NCBI GenBank assembly: GCA_000091205.1
Contig: AP006502.2
Strand: one strand, 5' to 3'
From: Cyanidioschyzon merolae
Lineage: Eukaryota
Length of the DNA stretch: 64,000 bases
Every line of letters starts with the position of its first letter. Within the stretch, counting starts at the first letter, position 1. Below the pieces are notes generated by a model, which was not told the DNA's origin, did not search any database, and saw nothing but the letters and a program-made list of their open reading frames with translations. A program made the translations under genes and the position numbers. This document shows, one piece after another, positions 21,914 to 30,981 of the stretch.

Positions 21914-23470
21914 TCACGAGGAATCTTCTTTTCCGGGAGAGCGATGCTTGGATATGCAGTTCCCGAATTGCTCTTGAATCTGTAATACTAGTGCATATGC
22001 CTGTTTGCGTTGAATGTTTGGGATGGAACGTGCTACGCAGCGAGCCACTGCCGATGCCGGAAGACCCTCTTGCAATAATGCCGTTATGAAGGTAACCACG
22101 TGAACCCGCTCCATACGAGCGTCGATGGAATGCGGAGCCGCTGCGGACGCTTCGACAACGGGCACCACATCCTGGTCTTCTGTGCAAAAGTGCAGAGCAT
22201 GGGGCGGGTCCTCCGGCCTTGAAGGCGGTCCGAGCACCAGACAGTATTCGCCTCGCGGCTCTCGCTGTTCCAGGTACGCGGCAGCTTCACGAAGTAAGCC
22301 CCGATAAACCTCCTCGTGCACTTTGGTCAACTCTCTTGCGATGCAGATCTGCAGTGATGCGTCCGGAGGTTGCACCGTTGTTGCTTCCGCTGCTGTTACA
22401 TGGACGCTTCGGGCTGCCAACGCAAGATCATGAACGGTTTCGCGTAACCGATGCGGTGCTTCATAGAGAATGACCGGGCGATACCACGCTTCGCGAATGA
22501 TGGTCTCCATCAGCTGCGTTCGCTTTTGACGCCAGCGGCTATGACCAGAGGAGCGATGCGGTAAAAACCCGTAGAAAGAAAAACTGTTGCCGAGCAGCGC
22601 CGCCCAGTCTTCAGCGCTCACTGGACCGCTGTTCGGCGTGCTGAGAAAGCCACTGATCGTCAGTGCCGCCAGAGCTGCGCAAGGACCCGGAACACTCACT
22701 ACCGGTATATTGCGCTGGATTGCCTCGCGAACCAGCTGGGTCCCAGGGTCAGCAACCAGGGGCGTGCCTGCATCGCACACCAAAGCAACGGCAGCGCGAC
22801 GCTCTTGCAGTTCGCTGAGCAGAAACGGAACTTGCTCTCGCCAGTTATGCTCATGGTGCGCCACCTGCTTCCGCATCGAGATACCATAGTGGCTCAGGAG
22901 CTTGCCGGTATGCCGGGTGTCCTCCGCCGCTATCCAGTCCGCCTGACGAAGTATCGCGAGCGCCCGAAAGCTCAGGTCGCCGAGGTTGCCAATTGGCGTT
23001 GCAACAACGTAGAGACGACCTCGCTCAACTGCCGGCAGCTGCAGAAACTTGTCTACCTGGTTGGAGCCGGGCACCGACTCCGCAGAGCCAGAAGTCCCGT
23101 TCACTTCCAGATCAGCAGCGCACGTTGTTAAACAGCGTTTGACACGCCATGTTCCCGGTTCCACAGCAGGACCTCGTGCTGTTGCTCGGTTAAGAGACGG
23201 CAGCGTTCGCAGGAAAAGCGCCAATGATCCAGAAACGCCTCGAATGAAGAGGCAACCAGCGCGCCAGGAAGCTTGCCGTGAACGTCTCTCCCCGAAATAG
23301 TCCGCGCTTCCGGGAAGAACACAGCCACGTGCCGGTCGAGGCGGTGACAGTACCCGCATACACGCTGCGGGGCTCGCAACCGTAGACTGCAGGAACCGGA
23401 TACAAGATTGCGATACTGTGATGTTGTCGAAACGATAGATTGGAGTGTAGAGTCGCCCGTTATTCGCCAC
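21914..23470 (-). CDS. rsmI: 16S rRNA (cytidine 2'-O)-methyltransferase RsmI family (tetrapyrrole-methylase fold), with N- and C-terminal extensions. Probably organelle-targeted
   Basis: LYVVATPIGNLGDLSFRALAILRQADWIAAEDTRHTGKLLSHYGISMRKQVAHHEHNWREQVPFLLSELQERRAAVALVCDAGTPLVADPGTQLVREAIQRNIPVVSVPGPCAALAALTISGF aligns nearly residue-for-residue with bacterial RsmI. Further matches are ...ILYEAPHRL...IARELTKVHEE. A ~140-aa N-terminal leader precedes the domain. Confidence 0.9.
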   Translation of the reverse strand: MANNGRLYTPIYRFDNITVSQSCIRFLQSTVASPAACMRVLSPPRPARGCVLPGSADYFGERRSRQASWRAGCLFIRGVSGSLALFLRTLPSLNRATARGPAVEPGTWRVKRCLTTCAADLEVNGTSGSAESVPGSNQVDKFLQLPAVERGRLYVVATPIGNLGDLSFRALAILRQADWIAAEDTRHTGKLLSHYGISMRKQVAHHEHNWREQVPFLLSELQERRAAVALVCDAGTPLVADPGTQLVREAIQRNIPVVSVPGPCAALAALTISGFLSTPNSGPVSAEDWAALLGNSFSFYGFLPHRSSGHSRWRQKRTQLMETIIREAWYRPVILYEAPHRLRETVHDLALAARSVHVTAAEATTVQPPDASLQICIARELTKVHEEVYRGLLREAAAYLEQREPRGEYCLVLGPPSRPEDPPHALHFCTEDQDVVPVVEASAAAPHSIDARMERVHVVTFITALLQEGLPASAVARCVARSIPNIQRKQAYALVLQIQEQFGNCISKHRSPGKEDSS

Positions 23471-23639
23471 GTCCCGTACAAGTAGAGGAGCGTAAATGTT
23501 TTACGACAATGTAGGGTAAAATCCGTATCCACACGCAGACGCCTCTCAGCCGTTTGGACTGGCGGCTTACTGGGGGCTTCAGCTTCTATTCCTGGAACTC
23601 GTGCACTCAGTTCCGTATGGTGCTGTGGCAGCTCTCCAT

Positions 23640-24700
23640 ACCTTTCAATTGTCGGTGGGCTCCGCTTCCTCCTCTCCATCAAGGCCTTCTGAACTATACA
23701 CCACAGCTCAGCTCTTGGATGTTCAGTTCTTTAAAATGAACGCACTTGTTTATGGCCCTACTAGAAGACCTTTCGGGAGGGAAAGGACCTGCGGAAGAAA
23801 GAGGAAACGCTCCTTTGTGTGCTACCGTGAGCAGAAAGCTTCAGCGACTGTCCCAGTGGAGCGATGATTATGTTTCACAACTGAAAACGCTGTTTTGATC
23901 GGGTTGAACTGCGGAGTCTACGGCGGACTGAAAATCAGATTTACCCGATAGAATCAGCAAAATCTCAAACGCAACGGGAATCCTGAAATGCCACATTATC
24001 GAATAGAAGGACGTCACCAGATGTCAGGCGAAAAGTCTTTCATGATTCGGCAAAGTGTTTGGAGCTGTTGTATGAACCTTCTCTACGCGCGAATCAGCGG
24101 CTGCCACTTGAATTCCCAGCAGCCAGAACAGATGATGATGTCGTTGCTCTCTTCGGGCTCGTTTGCACATGAAACGAGCTCCCTCTTCACGAATACCCAT
24201 CAACGCTCCGATCGTCTCGTCCGAAGGACGTCCCATCGACTGAAAAACGAACCTAGGTTCCTGTGCCTCACACCGATCGCGACGTTTCGGGAAAGCTGTT
24301 GTTGCGACTTCTATGGAAGATGGTGGTGCGTGGAGCTGCACATTTTCTGGCGACTGGATCCCAGCGTTTTCAGGACAATGCGAACAAGCTGTTGAGATGC
24401 AGTCACGCCCGTGGTGGCTGTTATCGTTACTTTTGCTCTCCGTCAGGTGATCAACGAGTCGTCTTATAGCATTGACCGCTAGCAGTCTATGACAATACCA
24501 GGATTTTGACACGGAGCACATCTACTTGTTTCCTTCTTTCAGTATTCCTCAATCATCAGAGTCGTGTGGTATGACTTACCTGAAGGAGGCATGCAGCGCT
24601 CCTTGCACTGTTCGATAAAGCATCTATCCTACACGTAATTGCTCTACGATCTATTCGGTGCGTTGCACAGCGATTCTGATCGATTATGATGCACTGCAGC
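23640..24700. repeat. Dispersed repeat family 2, copy A (~1 kb), ~70-75% identical to 55130..56165
   Basis: The two copies are collinear and in the same orientation. Example aligned blocks: agaatcagcaaaatctcaaacgcaacgggaatcctgaaatgccacattatcgaatagaagg vs agaatcggcaaaagctcgaaagaaatcgaaatggtgaaatatcacgttgtccagtagaaag. A second block: caggtgatcaacgagtcgtcttatagcattgaccgctagcagtc vs aaggtgatcaatgggtctttttatagcactgaccgcaagcagtc. Single-nucleotide indels between copies break every reading frame. Confidence 0.8.
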
Positions 24701-24887
24701 GTACGTGAAACATAATTGAGTTGAGCGTCCCTACTATAACTTTTGTCAATATTGTTCTCATTGCCATCTAGTGTAGGATTGCTGTCGGCAATCAGGTATG
24801 AGCGCTACAGCGAGATGCCGCGGTGCGACCTCGGACGAGTCGCGATGTCCGCGGCGACGACTTTGATCTAGATTGCCCTTCTAATCT

Positions 24888-26762
24888 TTGGATGGTATCT
24901 TGCCAACACCGCTCATGGTGAATGCCCCTTTCTGCTTCGTAACACTGCCATACAGCGTAGACAGGCGTCTACAGGGATCAACGTGGAAGCAACAGCAGGA
25001 CAGGATCAGCAGCAAAACGAAGAGCGCAAGGAAACGGCAGCTAGCAGAGACGCCGCAAACGCTGAAAGCTCAGCAACGGACGGAGGATAAGCGCTCGGGT
25101 TCTATGCGTCCTTGGCCAGTTCTTCGCTTCATCAAAGACGCTACCTTCTTCTTTAACCCTTTTCGGGATCCAAACGCTCGGCCAAACCCGACGGAAAGAC
25201 TTGTTCAGCAGCAGGCGATGCCGCGTGCGGACCCAGAACGAGCGCCGGGCGGACTTGTACTGGTCGCTGGGGCCACTGGCCTGCTCGGGAGACGCGTCGT
25301 AGCGCAACTGCTTGCTGCTGGGTACTCGGTGAGGGCTCTAGTTCGTTCAGAGAAACGGGCGGAGCAAGCACTTGGCAACTTGAAGTATCCAAAGTCGAAG
25401 CTCGGGGAACGCGCTGCACCAGGGACTCTGCAGCTGCTCTTTGGCGACCTGTATAACGTTCCACCCGAAGGTGTTCAGGATGTGACTGCCGTAATCTGCT
25501 GCACTGGTGTGAAGATCGGTCCTCAGGACGATACTCCTGATCGTGACAAATACGGCCAAGGAATCAAGTTTTACGAGCCAGTAGTGCTCGAGGACACCCC
25601 CGAGAACGTGGAATACCGGGGCGTGCAGAACCTCGTGAGCTGCGCACGGGACGTGCTCGTTAGCGGCCAAAAGATCGTACTGATGGACTTTGAGGATGCG
25701 GAGACAGCCGCGCGGCAATGGGGTCCGGTCGACGACGTCGTCATGGGCGGAGTGTCAGCGTCGAAACTGAGCTTCCCCGAACGAGGCATTGGTCGCTTTT
25801 CAGGCCTTGTCCGCACGGATAATTTCGGGGGCTTCGCTTCCGTGCGAACGCTGCCTTTCCAGATGCCACTCAACCTACAAGGCTATGACGGAATTGAACT
25901 CTTGGTCCGCGGCGACGGCAAGCGCTACAAGTTCATCATACGCTGCGATGATCGCTGGGACGGCATTGCCTACTCATGCTCATTTGATACCGAGGATCAT
26001 CGCTCGACAAAAGCATGCCAACGAATTCGTCTGCCGTTTGAGCGCTTTGTGGCGGTATTTCGGGGATCCACCAGGCCGAATGAGCGTCCACTGGATCGGA
26101 GCAACATCCAGGCGTTCCAGATCATGCTGTCGAAGTTTGAATATGACGGGGCGTTGAACCCTGGCTTCAAGGCCGGGGATTTCTGCCTCGAGTTCCGCTA
26201 CATCGGTGCATATCGGGATGTGCTCGGAGCAGAAGCAGACAGAGTGCGTGGTCATGGGGCACAGGTGGTGGCTGGCGGCACCGCAACTCAACGTCCTCGG
26301 TTCATCCATATCTCATCGGCCGGAGTGACTCGGGTGCTGCGTCCGGACGAGTTTCCGGATCTGAGCAAGGAACCTCCCGCTGTACGGATGAACGCACAAC
26401 TCGGCCGTGTACTCGAATGGAAGCTCGCTGGTGAGGATCTCGTTCGCAGTAGTGGGATTCCGTATACCATCATTCGCCCGTGTGCGCTCACGCTGGAGGA
26501 GGCGAGCGGGCTTTCCGCTTTGCGCCTGGAGCAGGGTGATTGGCTTCGTGGCCAGGTCTCTCGTGACGACGTTGCAGCGCTGGCGGTGGCCTGCCTCGAT
26601 GAACCCGCCATGGAGGGCAAGACGGTCGAGGTGGCAACGAGTGCGGCAACTGAGCGTCCGACGATGCATTCGCTTCGTGAACGAGCACTGCAGCTGGAAC
26701 GTGATCAGGATGCAATCCAGCGCAAGTTTGCTCCGTTCCCTTACGTTCCGCAAGGCTCATAA
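24888..26762 (+). CDS. Atypical SDR/NmrA-like NAD(P)-binding protein with an embedded CIA30 domain (HCF173-like architecture)
   Basis: A Rossmann motif LVLVAGATGLLGRRVVAQLLAAGYSVRALVR is followed by a CIA30-type domain, VDDVVMGGVSASKLSFPERGIGRFSGLVRTDNFGGFASVRTLPF...GYDGIELLVRGDGKRYKFIIRCDD. The SDR C-terminal half then resumes with RPRFIHISSAGVTR...PYTIIRPCAL. The likely start is an internal Met (MRPWPV... near 25102). Confidence 0.7.
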   Translation: MDGILPTPLMVNAPFCFVTLPYSVDRRLQGSTWKQQQDRISSKTKSARKRQLAETPQTLKAQQRTEDKRSGSMRPWPVLRFIKDATFFFNPFRDPNARPNPTERLVQQQAMPRADPERAPGGLVLVAGATGLLGRRVVAQLLAAGYSVRALVRSEKRAEQALGNLKYPKSKLGERAAPGTLQLLFGDLYNVPPEGVQDVTAVICCTGVKIGPQDDTPDRDKYGQGIKFYEPVVLEDTPENVEYRGVQNLVSCARDVLVSGQKIVLMDFEDAETAARQWGPVDDVVMGGVSASKLSFPERGIGRFSGLVRTDNFGGFASVRTLPFQMPLNLQGYDGIELLVRGDGKRYKFIIRCDDRWDGIAYSCSFDTEDHRSTKACQRIRLPFERFVAVFRGSTRPNERPLDRSNIQAFQIMLSKFEYDGALNPGFKAGDFCLEFRYIGAYRDVLGAEADRVRGHGAQVVAGGTATQRPRFIHISSAGVTRVLRPDEFPDLSKEPPAVRMNAQLGRVLEWKLAGEDLVRSSGIPYTIIRPCALTLEEASGLSALRLEQGDWLRGQVSRDDVAALAVACLDEPAMEGKTVEVATSAATERPTMHSLRERALQLERDQDAIQRKFAPFPYVPQGS

Positions 26763-28649
26763 GCGGGCATGGGTGGATCCGAGGGGGTTCTATCCGGCCC
26801 CAGTGCGGCTTGCAGCGGCTCTCTGGGGCGCAAGGCCAGATCAGCTGTTGCTGCGGTGCGCTTTCTGTTGACGCTGGACGGCGATGAAACCTGTGAACAC
26901 GGGTGCACTGAGGCGCTTCACAGCAGCACACATAGCATGCGACGGCGACGACGACGAGACTCGTGGGAGCGGTTTACGCGCGAGAGGGCCCTTGAGATGC
27001 ACCGGCTGCCAAGCACGACACAGATATACTTTTGATCGAGCGAATGCTTTGCGAGACCAGTGGCACGTTGCATCGGGGGATACCGAACGGATGGATTCCT
27101 CGAGTCGCCTGCGGTTCCAAGAAACATGCCCAGGACTTGGTGCATGTTGACTGGCCGGAAGCAAGTCACACTGGAGGTCAGCGCTCGATGGTGGTGCGTT
27201 TCGTTGAGCCATGTCACCATCTTGGGATTCAATGGAGATTCGGCGAAGAAACCATTCTGGTGGTATTTGCTGCATTCGGGCAGCATGGTATCCGACGTGC
27301 GTCTTGGCAGCCTGGTCGAGCAGCATCACCAGTGCAGTTGCGGGAGCGCGAGTGCATCAGAAGCGATGATGCACAAGTGCCGGTAACGCGTGAATGTTGT
27401 AGCGTTCCGTTTCGTGAATACGGCACGCTTGCGAGGGCGAACTCTCTGAATGCACATCTTGCATAGTGGGAAACATAAACGATTCAAATACGGGGCTAGT
27501 CTCGTCGAGGTTTTCTCACGAGTGTCTCGTTTCGGACAGGCGTCCAGCAACCGTCACCAGCCACCGCGTGTGCTGCATAGGCCACACGGACTAGAACAAC
27601 GCTTTCGTATGTCGGTGTCGGAGTCTGTTCACAGGAAAATCGGCGGTACGCTTCGACAAAACCTAAATATTCCGCGGGATTCGTGGACCGTTCCCTCTGC
27701 ATAAGAGCCGAGGCCTCCAGCGTCTCGAAACGCAGTGAACAGGTGCAGCGCTTCAGCTCGCAGAGAACCGTTTTGAGCAGAGCAGCAAGCATAAAAAACG
27801 ATTTGCATGCGTTCATCAACGCTTCCTAGAGGAAATCGAGCTGTTCGCGTGTTGTCGCTTCTTGTGAGACAGTCCACAAAAGTCTGTGAGCACCAAGTTG
27901 CCGCTACTTGAGACGCCGATCACCGGGAACGACACTACGTTACCGCTTGTACGTGACGAGCTGCAGTTGACGTGCTTCGTCCGAGTCCATTGATTCACTA
28001 GTTTACGGAGCGGCGTTGTTCGAAGACGGTTGGCTTCGGGCGTCGTGGTTTATGCCTGCAGCTGATGATTGACCGACGTTACCAAGAAAATGGTGTCTCG
28101 GACGAAGACGTTATGCGGGAAAGACAGGCATTGGATTTCAAATCGAACCATGGTATATTCTTATCAAGCACATGATCCCAAACGAATCATTTCTGATGCA
28201 ATCAGTAGGCATTTGCACGCTGTATTCTGGCACAGGGTCCAAAAGAATGCATTCTATCGCAAGTAGTTGCATTCCAGTGAGCAATCACGACACGGGGCTT
28301 TCGAATGAGGCCCGGGCTATTCCGACACATCGCGCTGGTGCTGGAATCAGCAGACCGACCGCTCTTTCTTCAGGAGACAGTTGCAACCGTATCTAGCCTG
28401 TGCTCTAGATCAGGATACCAGAAGAAACGCTCTGTGGGAGCGTCGCCGACCCAGGAACCTCAGACGAACCTCGCTGCTCTGTCCAGCATGCAGTACGCCG
28501 TTTTCCGGAGGCAGCCGTAATCGGTACGCTTCAGAGATGCTCAGAATTTAAACTCAAGATCAATGCATAAGCGATGCAAGCGAGCTCCGCGGGCGAGCGT
28601 CAGCAAGGCGGCTCGGGTGGACACAGCTTCCGGTCTTGGCGTGCAGCAC

Positions 28650-30851
28650 TCAAGGTCCGAAAAGCGTTCGCCATAAGCCTGGGGCGGAGCGTGATACCCA
28701 CCGTGCTGCGTCCTGAAAAACGTCTGGACCAGACGGCGCTTCGAAACCCTCAGCGTAAAATGCATTGCTGCCTTCAGCGGGTACATCGCCACCACCACCA
28801 CTCGCGACAGCACCCGAGGATGCAGTCCTCCGGGGTTGTGGTTGTGAAGGTTGTGAAATCGTGCTCGTCGTTCCATACTTCGTCTGAAGATCGCGATACA
28901 CCATGCGGCTTATTTGCCATAAAGGCAGAAAAACGGATCGCAAAAGAGTTTGGCGTCCACGGGCACTGGTGCTGGAACGCTGGGCTCTATTCATGAAGTA
29001 GACATCCTCCGCGGCAACGGTTGATTCACTCTGGACGGAGTTGGGATCCCAAGTAGCGGCTCTTCGGGACGTGGCTCGAGCCGTTCGAGCACCAGCGGAG
29101 AAGCGTACCTCATCTTTGGTGGAGGCATCGAAATCGAACCGGTTTTCAGGGAAGCCACCGCCACCGCCAACGCGAACAACGCCCTCAACACCAAGACGAC
29201 GCCTTGCAGGTCGCCGCCGCTTGGAACGCTCGTAGCGGACACGCTCCATGATGTCGTCATCATCGTCATCATCATCATCATCATCATCAGGGCTCAGCAC
29301 TTCTACTGGAACGATGGCTATCGAGGAGGAAGAATCGGCCACTGCAGCAGTAACTGACTCGGGCGCCGCCCGCCCGACGTGAACGATGTTGCTTTGCAGC
29401 ACTCCAGTCCCGCCCTGTGCATCAAGTGTAAAGTCTCTTTCGGTTTGTTCCGTCGCATCATGACGTGAAAATATTGCCGGTGATCTTGCTGGCCTTAGAT
29501 CCTCTCCCAGATCCGGCTCGTTTCCGTCCATACCGTCCAGAATCGTCCACGCGCCCAGACCAAAAGTATCATCCTCGCCGTGCGACGCCGTTCCAGCCGC
29601 TGTTCCCCCTTGAACGTACCCATCAACATCTTCTTCCAGAGTGCTATCCGCCTGCCACTCCCTTCGATGATTCTTAAAGAGCGAGCTATACGAATCACTC
29701 TCTGGAAACGGAAGCACTTGCTCTTCCGATCCAGACTGCAGCCTCCGAAGCGGTCGTCGAGCAGCATCCGAACGAGGTCTGCTCGAAGCTTGTGCGATAT
29801 CAGTGGAGTCAGTGTCGGAGAACCAGCCGGCACCGGCATAGGCGTCACGAGCGGAAGCCTGTGCACCACGGCGTCTGCTGCGCTGCCGCAGACGATCCGC
29901 AGGCGGCAGCCCGCGAAGCACAAGGTCAGAACCTCCACTCCAACCGAGCACGAGCGCCAAATCTTCAAGGTTCAGACGACGAAGACGGTGGTGATGATGC
30001 CTTGAGCGTAGTGTCGCCTTGATTCGCTTTGATGCGTCATCGACGTCGTCCTCGTCGCTCGCGAGGTCATCAGGAGACGCGGTGCTCAGCCGTCGACTGC
30101 TGGACAGCAGCAGCACGAGCACACAAGCGATGCACGCGAGGATGCCCATCATAGAGAAGCGTCTATTCGGCGCCCAGCTTGACAGCGTGAATAAGCCGAA
30201 GACGCACAACACGATAAAGAGGGCTTGCAGGTGAATACCGTCGGGAATACCGCGAAAAGATGGACGTCCACGCTGTATGCTCATTCGACTCGTCAAAGGT
30301 TCTGTTCTGTACCGCGGAGACGCTTCTGTAGTGCGCGCGGCCTGATAGAAAGCGTTTCCCACTGGCTTTTGCCGCGAGTCGCCTGATGTACGCCGCCTAT
30401 TCGAGTTTGGTATGGAACCAGGGTGCTCTTGGCAATGCGGCTGCGTCGGAAACGAAACAAGCTGCCGCTCGCGAACAACGTATCCCCTGTATGGACGTTT
30501 TGTTGCAACCTGCTTTCCATAAAAGCGGCGGTTTTGAACAGTTAACGAGCTGCAGCGGTACGCGGGTATGGAACCCACGAAAGCAGCCATAACCTGCTGC
30601 GGCCTGCCGCGACCCATACCTGGCGCAGCGTACTCGACAGGCTCGCTCAAGTCGCCACAACCAAGCCAGCCCTTGTTTACTCGTGTTGATCGCATCTTGT
30701 TGGACGCAGTCTGCGGCCCGAACGGTCGCAGAGTGCTTCGGTGCCTCCTTGCTGTCTGTGGGGCCGTTTTCGCCGACTCCGCCGAGCGTGCACCGCTCCG
30801 TTCAACGAAAGACTCGCGTAACGCCCAAGGAGCCCAGACAGTCACCAGCAC
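28650..30851 (-). CDS. Hypothetical membrane protein with an acidic low-complexity region, including a poly-Asp run. The probable true start is at 30281
   Basis: MSIQRGRPSFRGIPDGIHLQALFIVLCVFGLFTLSSWAPNRRFSMMGILACIACVLVLLLSSS gives one or two TM helices. A long Ser/Asp/Arg-rich disordered tail follows and contains DDDDDDDDDDDD, encoded by (GAT)n at 29262..29292. The ORF upstream of Met-192 looks non-coding (Arg/Ala/Pro-rich). Confidence 0.5.
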   Translation of the reverse strand: MLVTVWAPWALRESFVERSGARSAESAKTAPQTARRHRSTLRPFGPQTASNKMRSTRVNKGWLGCGDLSEPVEYAAPGMGRGRPQQVMAAFVGSIPAYRCSSLTVQNRRFYGKQVATKRPYRGYVVRERQLVSFPTQPHCQEHPGSIPNSNRRRTSGDSRQKPVGNAFYQAARTTEASPRYRTEPLTSRMSIQRGRPSFRGIPDGIHLQALFIVLCVFGLFTLSSWAPNRRFSMMGILACIACVLVLLLSSSRRLSTASPDDLASDEDDVDDASKRIKATLRSRHHHHRLRRLNLEDLALVLGWSGGSDLVLRGLPPADRLRQRSRRRGAQASARDAYAGAGWFSDTDSTDIAQASSRPRSDAARRPLRRLQSGSEEQVLPFPESDSYSSLFKNHRREWQADSTLEEDVDGYVQGGTAAGTASHGEDDTFGLGAWTILDGMDGNEPDLGEDLRPARSPAIFSRHDATEQTERDFTLDAQGGTGVLQSNIVHVGRAAPESVTAAVADSSSSIAIVPVEVLSPDDDDDDDDDDDDIMERVRYERSKRRRPARRRLGVEGVVRVGGGGGFPENRFDFDASTKDEVRFSAGARTARATSRRAATWDPNSVQSESTVAAEDVYFMNRAQRSSTSARGRQTLLRSVFLPLWQISRMVYRDLQTKYGTTSTISQPSQPQPRRTASSGAVASGGGGDVPAEGSNAFYAEGFEAPSGPDVFQDAARWVSRSAPGLWRTLFGP

Positions 30852-30981
30852 GAGACGTACAGAAGTACGCTATCCAGCAGTTTCAAAAAGCACCCTTGTC
30901 CTCCACCGACCAGACTCGCAAAGGTTTGCGCCGCCGGCACTCCGAGTCCAGCAGAGTCGGTGACTCGGAATAAGCCCCACC

